Assembly (NCBI RefSeq): GCF_001194135.2
Contig: NC_068981.1
Coordinates: 102,350,649 to 102,412,754 of the forward strand
DNA: 62,106 bases
DNA from: Octopus bimaculoides
Taxonomy: Eukaryota
Direction: 5' to 3'
Made by a program: the position numbers and the translations under genes. The number at the start of each line of letters is the position of its first letter. Position 1 is the stretch's first letter. This document shows, piece after piece, positions 1 to 12,469 of the stretch. The notes beneath the pieces are model-generated. The model worked only from the letters and a program-made list of their open reading frames with translations, was not told the DNA's origin and searched no databases.

Positions 1-904
1 AAAAATATTAAAAAATTTAAAATATTAAAGTGTATACTGTCCTTTAAATAAACATTGTGCTTTTATTGAATTGTTGTAAATTATAACATTGAAATCGACA
101 ATTTCACATAAAGTGATTATATAAGAAAGCTGTAAGATTGAATTGAATCTATAGCTTTTAAAATTAATTTTGATAAATTATAATTAATCCTCCTATAATT
201 TGGAAAAGTTCGTTTTTTATGCTTTGTTGAAATTTTAAGTGATATATATTTTTTTAATAAAAATTGGTATGTTTTTCTGAATGTATATAAGATTTCGGTA
301 AAATTCATCTTGTTGTTGAATATGTTGGTAGTCCTATGAATCCGATCAATGTTAAAAAGTTCATCCACTGCAAATATTTCATCATTAAATTTAGCTAGAC
401 TTGAGAATATTATATATAAAGAGTTTTTGTCAGAAAATTCCATTTCAAATTCAATTTTAATTTAGTATAAATACTTTTGTTTTGTTTTTTTTTCTCCACA
501 ACACCAAACATAGGATCTATTATTGCCAGTTCAAATAGATGAAAAATTCATACATATAAAAAACCCCACCATAATAACAATAATGTTAATAATAGCAATA
601 ATGTTAATAATAGCAATAATAACTCAAGAGAAAATTTTATTTTACTTTTTTTGTAAAATTTTTTTTTCTCTACCTTCCATTATCGAAGTATTACAGTATT
701 ATTGTAATTGATAATTTAACAATATAATTCTTAGTGATAACACATTTATTGCAAATATACAAATGAGAAATTTGTTTTATTTAATGATGTTTCAAGTCAA
801 TAAATTTTATTGTTTCCAAAATTAGATGAATTTCTTATTTTGTGTAAGCAACATGAAATTTGAAAGAAGTGAAAATTATAATTATTGTATCTATGAATAT
901 AAAT

Positions 905-1503
905 GGTTGAAATGGATTCCTTCAGAGGATCTCTGGAGTACCATTACTGGATACCATTACTGGACAGGATGCATAGTTCAGAGAACAGAGAATTTCTCCA
1001 GGTTGAGCAAATACTTCTTCACAGTGAAAGGTCATGGCTCCTGGTAATATGGACATGTCATTAAAATAACACAGGGAAAAATTACAAGGCTGATTCTTCA
1101 AGTTGAGCCAATCATTTACAGGTAAGTTCACTGCCATCAATTCATCATGAAGAAAGTTGACTGTGAAGAAAGTTTACCAAGAAAATATATCCATAGTATC
1201 TCATCATTAATAGTTAAAAACAACGTTACTGAAAAAAGATGGTGAATTGATGATGGTGAACTTTCCCTGTGGTGAATTGCTGACAGTGAACTTACTGGAC
1301 AAGGATCCAACCAGCAGTCGACCTAGCAGTAGATCAAGAATGAGATGGATGGATAATGTCCATAATCTCAGGTGGTCATACTTGGAGTCCAGCTGGAAAG
1401 TCTAATGATGGTTGATTCTGATAGGACCCTATGGAGGAAGAGCCTGAGGATGCTATCCCCACAACACTCCCAGGAGTAGTGGGCAGACAAGATGGATGGA
1501 TGG
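905..1503 (+). mobile_element. RTE-clade (Expander-like) LINE 3' end, decayed, interrupted by a MITE
   Basis: Manual translation gives LLDRMHSSENREFLQVEQILLHSERS..YGHVIKITQGKITRLILQVEP|TSSRPSSRSRMRWMDNVHNLRWSYLGV..DRTLWRKSLRMLSPQHSQE*. This matches the C-terminal pattern of RTE ORFs (RWYGHV..GRP..RW) and is followed by a (GGAT)n tail at 1491-1503. Confidence 0.85.
1111..1306. mobile_element. 196-bp MITE with imperfect TIRs and a 3-bp CCA target duplication
   Basis: The left end atcatttacaggtaagttcactgccatcaattca is the reverse complement of the right end (..tgaattgctgacagtgaacttactggacaaggat). CCA lies at 1108-1110 and 1307-1309, and removing the element restores the LINE reading frame. Confidence 0.75.
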
Positions 1504-1732
1504 TATCTATGTAAAATTAATCGATATCAATCACAGTGGCAAGGATACATTCTCAATATTAAAACATTGTCAGGTATTGAGTGGCTCTCACCTAATAATA
1601 CTAATAATACATACACAGTTAATTGCTTGGTCACACTAAAAATGTCACCCTATCTTATATGGAATTAATGTTATAACAAATGTAATAAGTTATATTAGTT
1701 ATGAGGTAAATTGTTTACCTTTTATCTTTTAT

Positions 1733-1923
1733 CTTTTACTTGTTTCAGTCATTAGACTACAGCCATGCTGTGGTACCAACTTGAAAATTTTTTAGTTGAA
1801 TGTATCAACCCCAGTACTTCTTTTTAAAGCCTGGTACTTATTCTATTGGTCTATTGCCAAACCACTAAGTTATAGTGACATAAACACACCAACACTGGTG
1901 GTGGGGGACAAACATACACAAAG

Positions 1924-1954
<31 letters not shown>

Positions 1955-2090
1955 CATATAAATGTTGGGATTCTTTCAGTTTCCACCTACCAAATCCACT
2001 TACAAGGCTTTGGTCTGCTTGCTCAGGGTGCCATGTAGTGGGACTGAACCCAGAACCTTGTGGCTGGGAAGGAAGCTTCCTACCTCCCTT
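1733..2090 (-). mobile_element. SINE family A (tRNA head, CORE-like centre, internal CA/TA tract)
   Basis: Matches the family A copies at 10893, 26870, 41232, 42667 and 56710 (tttacttgtttcagtcatt..gggactgaaccc..). Confidence 0.9.
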
Positions 2091-2249
2091 CATTACTTGT
2101 TAAATGATAGGTAACACTCTTGTTACCTAACTTGTTTCATGTGAGATGTGGCTTAGAACTAGCACTAATATTTTATTATTTCTTTTCCTGCTATATTTGA
2201 AAAAAATCCATTAATTTGTTGGATTCTAACAATTATTTTTTTACATGTA

Positions 2250-2461
2250 CAAGGGGGTGCTGAAAAGTTCCTGGCTTTAAGGGCATCACAAAAAGCCTGT
2301 TTGGAGGCCCAATCTTTTGAGTTCTTTTACAAAACTTAGAAAAACTGAAGGACTGTTGTAGTAAGTGTGTGCATCTAAGAGGAATATATTGAATAAAATC
2401 ACAATTTACTAATCCTCCTGTATTTTTACCCAAAGCCATGAAATTTTCAGCACTCTGCTTG
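2250..2461 (+). mobile_element. Mariner-derived MITE
   Basis: TIR c(g/a)agggggtgctgaaaagttcctggcttt after TA. The interior encodes a mariner-like C-terminus (LKDCCSKCVHLRGIY..). A second copy lies at 46400. Confidence 0.85.
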
Positions 2462-2563
2462 CATGTGTATGCATATGTATGTAAGTATGTGTGCATAAAT
2501 GTATTTACATATATACATATATACATACATACATATATATAAATATATATGCACACATACATG

Positions 2564-2566
2564 TGT

Positions 2567-2650
<84 letters not shown>
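2564..2650. repeat. (TG)n microsatellite
   Basis: Direct reading of the sequence. Confidence 0.99.
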
Positions 2651-2652
<2 letters not shown>

Positions 2653-2823
2653 TTACTTGTTCTAGGAGGGTTCATTAATCAGAAAAAAGAACACACTCAA
2701 TATAAGCTGTAGGAAGGGTATAATTTGACTACAAAATTATAAATGAAGAAATTTGTTTGACCAAACATAATTCATAATTCAAAAATTTTGTATTAAAATA
2801 ATATATATATCCTTCTTAAACCA

Positions 2824-3020
2824 GATCTCAAAAAACATGACGGCATTCCATGGGACTAGTTGTGGAAGGTTCTGCAAGAGTATGGGATCGTTGGACAGCT
2901 TCTTGTTGCCTTGAAGTCCCTATATTAATGCCATGTTGTGTTCAAATAAATGGTGTTATATCAAAACCGTTCGATGTGGGTGTCAGGCTCTGCCAAGGGT
3001 CCTTACTGTCACCTCTCCTA
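2824..3020 (+). mobile_element. RTE-clade reverse transcriptase fragment
   Basis: Translation DLKKHDGIPWD*LWKVLQEYGIVGQLLVALKSLY..QINGVISKPFDVGVRLCQGSLLSPLL covers non-LTR RT motifs (D..K.D and G..QG..LSP), with a stop and a frameshift. Confidence 0.85.
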
Positions 3021-3184
3021 GCAAGCCATCAGTTGCTTGATGATCCCTTGAATGCAGAAGCAAGAACTCCAGAGAAGCAAGAGACTGACTTGACCAAAAT
3101 TAAAATATTAATCTCTGCTATGGTAATGAGTACTCTTTATTTTCACTGTAGACACTAAGTAAAATCGCTGTCTTCCACACATAC

Positions 3185-3404
3185 AGGCTTGTTTTTTCAG
3201 GTGCTGGTACCACTTAAAAAGCATGAGTGCCAGTGCTGTGTTTATGCACCTATACTGATGCTACATAAACACACCTGTGACAGTGACAAGTAAAGAGTAC
3301 CCAGCACGGCATTAGGAAGGACATCCAGTCTTGGAAACCATGCCACAACAGACAGTGTTACCCATGCCAGTATGGAGACCTGACGTTAAATGATGATGAT
3401 GATA
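3185..3404 (+). mobile_element. SINE family C 3' part (RTE-type tail, (ATG)n end)
   Basis: ggcattaggaaggacatccag..catgccagtatggagacctgacgttaaatgatgatgat matches the 27884 and 61714 copies. Confidence 0.8.
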
Positions 3405-3420
3405 CGCATATACATATAAT

Positions 3421-3656
3421 AAGGTGGCGAGCTGGCAGAAACGTTAGCATGCCGGGCGAAATGCTTAGCGGTATTTTGTCTGCCTCTACGTTCTGAGTTC
3501 AAATTCCGCCGAGGTCGACTTTGCCTTTCATCCTTTCGGGGTCGATTAAATAAGCACCAGCTATGCACTGGGGTTGATATAATCGACTTAATCCGTTTGT
3601 CTGTCCTTGTTTGTCTCCTCTGTGTGTAGCCCCTTGTGGATAGTAAAGAAATAGCA
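3421..3656 (+). mobile_element. SINE family B, near full length, with a 14-bp TSD
   Basis: It has a tRNA-like head with box B gttcaaattcc and a central ggtcgactttgcctttcatcctttcggggtcgat that resembles the Meta/MESC domain (from recall). The TSD is catatacatataat (3407-3420) / catatacatgtaat (3657-3670). Confidence 0.9.
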
Positions 3657-4031
3657 CATATACATGTAATGACTGTCTCATCTTGTCAGATAACAGCCAT
3701 CTCACATTCAACTGGATTGTTCTGATTTACTTCCATCCCTATGTATGCACAGATGTGATTTTTCCTGCCATGCATCCATTACCATAGGATTTATAAAATA
3801 CAAAACATATCAAATAATGAAATGATAATGGGACACCTGTGCATCATTAGTTTTAATTGACAAAAGCTTGTCTGACACTTTTGCTAATTTCTCAGTTGCC
3901 ATAGTAGCTTCTAGTGACAAACATTGTAAGATGACTGGTACTAGTTTGACTGCAAGTTTTATGTCAAAGTATCTTTTTTCTAGAAAGGTTGCCTCCCCAC
4001 AACTTTGTCAAAAATAACAGGAGCCACCACT

Positions 4032-4420
4032 CATCATCATCATCATTTAACGTCCACCTTCCATGCTGGCATGGGTTGGATGGTTTGACAGGGGCTGGCT
4101 AGGCAGGAGCCTACACCAAACTTCTGTGTCTGTTTTGACAGTTTCTTTCTATGGCTGGATCTCCTTCCTAGCACCAGTCACCCCACAAAGTGGACTGAGT
4201 GCTTTTTACATGGCACAAACACAGGTGAGGTCAGTTTAACATAGTTTTTACAGCTGGATACCCTTCCAAATGCCAACCACTTTACAGTGTAGACTGGATG
4301 TTTTGTAAATGTCACCAGCACTGGCAGGATTACCAAGTAACTTGCAAGACAAGGATCCTTTGAGGTGGTGGGGGTGGGGCATTGGAGGAGGGGATCTTGT
4401 GTCAAATGATGCGGGACCCT
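4032..4420 (-). mobile_element. SINE family C
   Basis: catcatcatcatttaacgtcc..ggatgcccttcc..ccaaccac motifs, with an internal duplication. Confidence 0.85.
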
Positions 4421-4534
4421 GAGAAGTATTACTGTTCCATGTCAGAACAGACCTTTGAGTAATGATAATTAGGGGGAAACTCCATACTCCCCACAACTCC
4501 AGAACTCCTGAACTGGAGCTCCACTACTGGGTGC

Positions 4535-4722
4535 ATTTAAACTGGCCATATTTAGCCAAAATATCTTAACTATTTTATCTTCAAACTGGTCAGATTTGGC
4601 CTTTCACACCTATCCTACAGTGTCATTTACAAATAAGCAATCACGTCATCAAAATCTCAAAGCTATGAAATAATGTATGATTAATTCAAGATGATGTGGA
4701 AACATAAGCTTTACATTTGACA
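4535..4722 (-). mobile_element. piggyBac-type MITE, partial
   Basis: Internal sequence is homologous to the 6214, 20283 and 30912 copies. Confidence 0.7.
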
Positions 4723-5115
4723 ATATATGTATATATATATATATAAACATAAATATGTGTGTATGTATTTGCATATACAGGTATGTATACACACACAAAT
4801 TAAAATATACACATGCACATAAATATCAATCATATAAATTCAACCAACTTGTAGGATTATTTGCTTTGTGATTTTGCATCAACAAAAATCACACACAGAA
4901 TCTTGGTTATGTTAGGAGAAAATAATAACATGCTCCATCTCTTGTGTAGAGTGTCTTGTACTGTGTGTTCTGAAATCAAGAATAGATATAGAAGGGAAAG
5001 AAACAATTTATGTATATATAATATATCTGTCTGTCTGTCTATATTTATTTATGTGTATATGAATGTATTGTACACTCACAAACACACACATAGAATACCA
5101 TTTTGTAAATGTATT

Positions 5116-5153
<38 letters not shown>

Positions 5154-6213
5154 CATGTATATGTACTTAGTATGTTTATAAATCTACATGTGTATCTATA
5201 TATGTATATGTGTGTATGTACATATATGTATACACATATACATACTTACGCACTCATGCACATACCCAATACAATACATCATCAAACTGTTACTATGTTC
5301 AATAGTAGTTTTAATAGATCATATTTATAATAAATCATATGTTTATTTTTATTTTATTAGCTGCTTTGTTATTAATGGCAATTAATGTAATTAGATTATT
5401 CATTAGTTGATGACAGTCTTTCAAGATCACTTGACCTTATTTACAATATAAGGCGGCATGATCTTAAAACATCACCAGAGGAATTACCATTGTGATGTTG
5501 CATGCCATACTTTCAATTGACTGGAAAAATAGTTTGCTGATTGGCCAATTGCATTAGTGAAGAGAATTCTGTGTGTATATATATTTTTTTATATATATAT
5601 GCGCTGATAATTTTTCAAAAGTATTTGATTATTGAAAATGTCTATATAAGCTAAACATTAATCCATTCAAAATCACAGAAATTCATTCTTTGGTTCAGTA
5701 ATTTCATTTTTACTTTTTGTTTGTTTTTTCTCTTCCTTTTTTAAAGCCAATTACAGCTAAGGTCATGCATTTAAGTTTTTGTATTGTGTTAAGTACTGCC
5801 TTGTGAGTAGCTTGGGAAAGGGAAAGGCTAGGAGAGTCAATCATAATAACAGACTAAGGAGTGGAATCCCTCAGTTGATCTGGTGCCTTCATTGACATCC
5901 TTTCAGCAACCCCGGGGTTGATGGAGCTCTCCAGCCCTGTAAGGCAATTCACCCAGGAGAAGGTCAAAGATACTCTTAATGAAGAATTTGAACTTAGTTG
6001 GAATAAAAATTTCATAATTTGTTGAGTGCTAGCAATGCTCCCAACACTGATGCTTTTTTTGTTACTGTAGTATAAATTTACAGAAAAATAAACCAAAGTT
6101 TTTGAGGGTTAACCTTATCAAACTGTTACAAAGCAATATGTTTACATATGGGTTATCTGGTAATGTGTCAACAAAAATATCCTACTCACTGAGGTCAGAG
6201 CTCCAAATCTAAG

Positions 6214-6433
6214 CCCTTTAGCATTTAGATTACTCTGACAAATGCAATGCTTATGTATTCACATTTGTTTTGAATTAAACAGGCATTTGAGATTTGGCAA
6301 TGCGATTGCTTATTTTTAGAATAGGAGTGAAAATAGGTTTGTAGAATAGGTATGAGAGGTCAAATCTGGCTGGTTTGAACATAAATAAGATAGAATATTT
6401 GAGCCTAATATGACTGGTTTAAATAATAAAGGG
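6214..6433 (+). mobile_element. piggyBac-type (TTAA) MITE
   Basis: Ends are ccctttag..ataaaggg, followed by TTAA at 6434-6437. Four copies occur in the window. Confidence 0.8.
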
Positions 6434-6602
6434 TTAAAGAATCGGAATGGATTGGTGGCTTGACTCTCACTTTAAAACTACTAGACATAAGTTGCAAGAA
6501 ATACCCTACAGCACCAAGGACCAGTTTACATTGCTATTTGAGGGTCAGTCACTTTTCCTTTTAATCTTCAGACACAAAGAAACTACCATTATCATCTATT
6601 TT

Positions 6603-6894
6603 TTTACCTTGTTTCCGTCATAACACTGCAGCCATGCTGGGGCACCGCATTGGAGAATTTTCAGTCAAATGAATTGATCCCAGTAATTATTTTTTATAAA
6701 GCTTGGTACTTATTCTATTGGTCTGTTTTGCCAAACTGCTAAGTTACTGTGACATAAACACACCAGCACTAGTTGTCAAGCAGCAGTAGGGGACAAAGAC
6801 AGGCATAAAGACACACACACACACAAATATACACTCACGCACACTCGAACATATACAAACATACATACATATATACAAATATACATATATATAT

Positions 6895-6952
<58 letters not shown>

Positions 6953-6980
6953 NNNNNNNNNNNNNNNNNNNNNNNNNNNN

Positions 6981-7070
<90 letters not shown>

Positions 7071-7125
7071 GATGGGCTTCTTTCAGTTTCCATCTACCAA
7101 ATCCACAAGGCTTTGGTTGGTCTCG
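6603..7125 (-). mobile_element. SINE family A spanning a (TA)n tract and a gap
   Basis: Family A tail lies at 6603-6810 and the centre at 7070-7125. Confidence 0.85.
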
Positions 7126-7253
7126 ATCCATTTACTACATATGTAGTAGCGATCACATGATCCATAACACAAGGACATGATTGTCATCATAGTATTTGAG
7201 TGGTAATCATAAGTAATGCATAAATATATATATATAGATATGTCTTTTATCAC

Positions 7254-7500
7254 TTTTACTTGTTTCACTAATTTGATTGTGGCCATGCTGGGGCACCACC
7301 TTGAAGGGGTTTTAGAGGAACAAACTGACACCAGGACTTATTTTTTTAAAGCCTAGTACTTATCCTATCAGTCTCTTTTGCAGAACTGTTAATTTATGTG
7401 GATATAAAGAGACAAACACAGGTTGTCAAGCAGTGGTGGGGACACACACACACTTAGATATATACATACGTACAGACACACACGCACACACACACACACA
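7254..7500 (-). mobile_element. SINE family A, tail half
   Basis: Family A homology; it ends in the palindrome at 7450-7591. Confidence 0.85.
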
Positions 7501-7501
7501 C

Positions 7502-7535
<34 letters not shown>

Positions 7536-7591
7536 GTGTGTGTGTGTGTGTGTGTGCGTGTGTGTCTGTACGTATGTATATATCTAAGTGT
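7450..7591. repeat. About 140-bp palindrome centred on (TA)n
   Basis: acacttagatatatacatacgtacagac(ac)n aatt (ta)n aatt (gt)n gtctgtacgtatgtatatatctaagtgt. Confidence 0.9.
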
Positions 7592-9340
7592 AAGCACATA
7601 GTGATTCTTGAGGATGGATACAGACTGACTTGTCTATATAACTGTCTGCTATGGCATGGATTCTATGGCTAGATGCCCTTTCTAATGCTAACCACTTTAC
7701 AGAGTGTGCTGAGTGCTTTTTACATGCCAAATGTTAGGGAAGTTTCTGTGGTCTAATTGTTGACAAACTCTCTAGTGTCAGTGGCCCTAATAAAATACAC
7801 CCAATCCATACTGGAAAATGATTCATGATAGGAAAGTCATCAAAGTGAAAACTGGAATGTCAAAAACATGATATGCATAACAAAAATGGTTGCTTTTCTC
7901 TGAACTTGTGTATGCTACTGATAATTCATGTGTGTTGTCTATGAATTAAGTGTTCCTATTTTGCCTAGCTAGTCTACTGTTCTGCACTATAGAATCTTAT
8001 TAGAGTCACCAATAAGTGATAAGGCTCCCTCCAAAAATGCATATCACATGACATTAAGTTTGAATGTTTGTTTGGAATTATCAGTGTGTTTCAGTCAGCC
8101 ACTGAAGAGATCACTATTCAAACTGGTATTGACTAGTTCTTCATATCTGTTCACACCTTTACCCAGTATTAATGTGAACAGATTTGAATGCCTCAACAAT
8201 GAGTTTTTAATATTTCTTTTTTTCTCTTTAGATTTTTGACATTTTGGGTTTCTGTTAAAAAATTATGGTGGAGCAGAGAAAGAGAGACAAAAACATGATG
8301 AGTGAGAAAAAAATATATATATATATAAAGAAAATGAAATAAAATATACACCCTGATTTCTGATATGGCACGAGGCCAAAAGAGTTGTTTGAATTAAAAT
8401 AGTAGACATTTTCAACTAATCAGCCATACCTTTATTCCTTTATCAGTGAATCGTGAAGAAGCTACCATAAATATTTTTTCGGTTGTGCAACAAAAAGATA
8501 GCATTCACTTTAAATCAACGACAATGTCCATTCTCGAATTATTTTCCATAGAGATGTTAAAAGTAATCAGTCACTTGAATAAACAAATATAGACATTATC
8601 TCAGGTTCATTCCGATAGATGCAAATAGTATTAAAATTGGTTTTAAGGTTATTTTGAAGCATTGTATTGATTAAACTGAACAGATTTGAAAGCCAAAACA
8701 ACACAGTTTTTTTTTTAAAAAAACAAAAACAGAATTTTATTTACTCATTTATTTATTTCTTAGTTTCGATTGCAAAGGTTCCATTTCAAAAATTCCAACA
8801 GAACAGAGAGAGAAAGAGAGAAAGTGGCATATAAGAGACACAAAAGTATCAACTGTCTCCAGTTGAGGCAGGAGGACAACATGCAGATGTTGGTGTTCAA
8901 ATTAAAACAGTATGTAGGCATTTGTCATTAATCAGCCATTGCAGCATTTGTTGTTTGTTGTCCATGAGTTGCATCAGCAAGTCATAAAGAAACTACCACA
9001 GTTACTTCATTTTTTGTTTCACTGCAAAAAAAAAAAGACAATGTTCCCGACAGATCAATGACATACGTCTGTTTTTTTTTTAATTGTGTAGCCTTCAGTT
9101 CTTTCCCTCTATCTTTGTTTCTTTGTTTGTTTCTTTCTTTCTCTGTTCCATTGTAATTTTTAAAAGGAGTCTCTGAGGTTGAAATTTAAAAAGAAAATGT
9201 TATAAAATTCTGTTTTATTAAAACAACATTGTTATGTCTTTAAATTTAATCAATAAAATGCTTTAAAATAACATTAAATACCACTTTAAATGTTAATGCC
9301 TTTTTCTGTATGAATATGTGTTTCTTTGAGCATACGCATT

Positions 9341-9383
<43 letters not shown>

Positions 9384-9501
9384 ATAAGTACATGTATGAG
9401 TGTCACAAGTGGTAACTAGACAATTATGAACCTCAAAAGAACACACAAAAACACACATGTACATACAAAAGCTGTTTGATAATTTGATTCATCACACGCA
9501 T

Positions 9502-9542
<41 letters not shown>

Positions 9543-9687
9543 GCTGTTTGATAATTTAGTTCATCCATTTTTGTATAAGGGTGAAAGGCATGTGAAAAAT
9601 CACTTCTTTTTTTCTTCTTCAGGTTAATATAAGCAGGTTATAATTATTTATTCATGCAATATAAAATATCTTGTATTCCTTCTATAT

Positions 9688-9731
9688 CAGTAGACAACCT
9701 GTTTCTGTATCTTGTACTTCATCAGTATAGA
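9688..9731 (-). ncRNA. Minimal type I hammerhead ribozyme motif, weak helix I
   Basis: Minus strand reads ucuaua CUGAUGA a GUA caaga UAC a GAAA cagguug UC uacug. The core and GUC triplet are intact, helix II is 3 bp, and helix I has only 2 bp in register. Confidence 0.55.
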
Positions 9732-10369
9732 GTTATAGAAATATTGAGAGTAAATTAATTATATTCATGCAGTGTTTCAAGTAACCGTCTACATTTCTAG
9801 TCAGTAAGAGAAGAAGAAAGACAGACAAAAAAAAAAAATAGTGTGAGATTTACAGTTTTGGAGGAAGAGATACAGTATAGTGATAGAATAATTTTGAAAG
9901 TATTCAATATATATTTACTTTTTTGTGTGCTAGGGAAAAAACAGTCAGTCCATGCTTGAATTCAGGTAATATGGAAAATCTCCAATTTAAAAAATTGTTA
10001 GCCTTGTCTTTGGTATCAACCACATCTTGTGTGTTTGTGTGTGTGTATGTGTGTGTATCAGAAAGAGAGAGAGAGGGGGAGAATGAGAGAGAGAAAGTGA
10101 GAGAGGGGAGAGACATACAGAAAATAGTGTGTGTGTGTGAGTTGAGAGAGGTGCACATACACAGTCTTCTCATAATTTCAAAACCAACAACTCTGACAAT
10201 ATCATGCCACAACCACCATTGAGTAAACAAAGTTGATTGATGCATTTCTATTTCTCTATACAAGCAATTTAATCATTGGTTTATTCATTTCTCATATAAA
10301 AGAGGAAAAAAATCATGCAGAGATTACTTATTTATTTTTACTTCTTCAAATTATTATAAGCAAGTGTTT

Positions 10370-10880
10370 CAAAATGCTGTATGATTTATGCCTTTAATAC
10401 TTCCTCATCTGTCTTTATGTTCTGAGTTCAAATTCTACCATGATTGATTTTACCTTTCATCCTTTCAGGGTTGATAAAATAAGTTCTAGTTGAGTACTGG
10501 GGTTGATATAATCTCCGATGTTGCTGGCCTTGTGCCAATATTTGAAACCAATATTTCATATTTCATAAGGTGACAAGCCAGCAGAATCATTAGCACACAA
10601 GTTAAAATGCTTAGCAGCATTTCATCCATCTTAATGTTCTGAGTTCAAATTCTGCTGAGGTTGATTCTGCCTTTCATCCCTTCGGGATCAATGTAAATGA
10701 CTTTCCCTCTTCTCTGAAATTGCTGATCTTGTGGAAAAATTTGAAACCAATATTTCATATTTGATGGTAGAATTGAGATAGCAGAATGATTAGCCTGCTG
10801 GGCAAAATTCTTATTGGCATTTCTTCTGGTTTTATGTTCTAAGTTCAAATTCCACCAAGGTCAACTTTGCCTTTCATCTG
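10370..10880 (+). mobile_element. Three tandem decayed SINE family B copies
   Basis: gttctgagttcaaattc..ttgcctttcatcc is repeated at about 10420, 10640 and 10835. Confidence 0.8.
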
Positions 10881-10892
10881 ATTGGCTTTACT

Positions 10893-11242
10893 CTTTTACT
10901 TGTTTCAGTCATTTGACTGTGGCAATGCTGGAGCACCGCCTTTAGTCTAGTACTTATTCTATCGATTTCTTTTGCCGAACTGTTAAGTTAACGGGCACGT
11001 AAACACATCAGCATCAGTTGTCAAGCGATGTTGGGGGGACAAACAAAGACACACAAACATATACACACATACACATATATACGACAGGCTTCTTTCAGTT
11101 TCCGTCTACCAAATCTACTCACAAGGCTTTGGTCAGCCCGAGGGTATAGTAGAAGACACTTGCCGAAGGTGCCACGCTGTGGGACTGAACCCGGAACCAT
11201 GTGGTTCGTAAGCAAGCTACTTACCACACAGCCACTCCTACG

Positions 11243-11244
<2 letters not shown>
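10893..11244 (-). mobile_element. SINE family A, near full length and young
   Basis: Complete from the tail tttacttgtttcagtcatttg to the head accacacagccactcctacgcct; CpGs are retained. Confidence 0.95.
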
Positions 11245-11283
<39 letters not shown>

Positions 11284-11388
11284 NNNNNNNNNNNNNNNNN
11301 NNNNNNNNNNNNNNNNNNNNNNNNNNNNNNNNNNNNNNNNNNNNNNNNNNNNNNNNNNNNNNNNNNNNNNNNNNNNNNNNNNNNNNNN

Positions 11389-11432
<44 letters not shown>

Positions 11433-11449
11433 TGTATATATATATATCG

Positions 11450-11672
11450 ATGTGTTTGTGTATCTTCATGTCTGTGTTTGTCCCCCACCATTGCTTGACA
11501 GCTGGTGTTGGTGTGTGGTCTGTTTATGTTCCTGTAACTTAGCAGCTTGGCAAAAGAAACTGAAAGAACAAGTACCAGGTTTAACTAAAATTAAGTACTG
11601 GGGTTGATTTACTTGACTAAAAATTTTTCAAGGCAGTGTCCCAGCATGGCCGCAGACTAATGGCTGAAACAA
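11450..11672 (+). mobile_element. SINE family A 3' half, inverted relative to the 10893 copy
   Basis: tgtttgtcccccacc..cccagcatggccgcagactaatggctgaaacaa. Confidence 0.85.
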
Positions 11673-12469
11673 ATATATATAAAAAAAAATGATAAAAAGA
11701 TGTGTGTACATATGTTATTTTGTTAAAAAGTATTTGAATTCTTACTTTTAAAGATGGGAATGGTTTCACAATCATTGGAATTTAGATAACAATAATTGCA
11801 AAGAGTTACATGTTAACCTTTAGAAATGTGCTGGATACTATTTTCTCTTGTTTACAGATTTTCTGGGAGAAAATGCGTGTTAACTTATTGCTATCATTGT
11901 CTGAAAACTCCAGAGTTTTGAGATCAATATTTACTAGCAAAATCATGTACACCAATAATTATAAGAATAAATGTTAATTATTGGTGTAAATACTAATCTA
12001 TAATCTACATAGAGAATCTGTAAGTTTCAAAGTAGTTGTCTGCAAATATTCTCTTTTCCACTGATTTTGAAAGAGAAATTCGCATCTGTTGAGCGGCAGA
12101 CCTCAAAGACAGAACACAGTTTTTTTTTTTTTTTCTTGTTCCAAACAACTATATCAAACATGTTATATTTCCATGAAGTTGAAGATTTTATAGAAAATAT
12201 CAACATCACTGTCATTGTTTTAATGTCCAGGTTTTCCTTGCTTGTATGGGTTGGACAGAATTTGCTGAGGTAGATTTGCTGAGGTAGATTTGCTGAACCA
12301 GATGCCTTTACTGTTGCCAACCCTCACCTGTTTCCAAGTAAGGTAATATTTCTACATGGCCTGACATGTTTTCATAGAAGACTGGAAATGAAGGCCACTG
12401 CTCGCATTATGGTGACGCTTATTTAAAAGTATCATGTGATGTAAAATCAAGGAGACATTAACATGTATA

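Noticed and set aside
5854-6096. 80-aa minus ORF as the terminal exon of the putative host gene
   Set aside because: Several alternative acceptors and frames are equally plausible, and there is no homology support.
8863-8909. Plus-strand exon candidates (EAGGQHADVGVQIKT here; also about 11857-12019, 50107-50160, 56151-56200)
   Set aside because: Splice signals are plausible, but there is no consistent phase chain or recognisable protein. Their presence shows how easily such candidates arise by chance.
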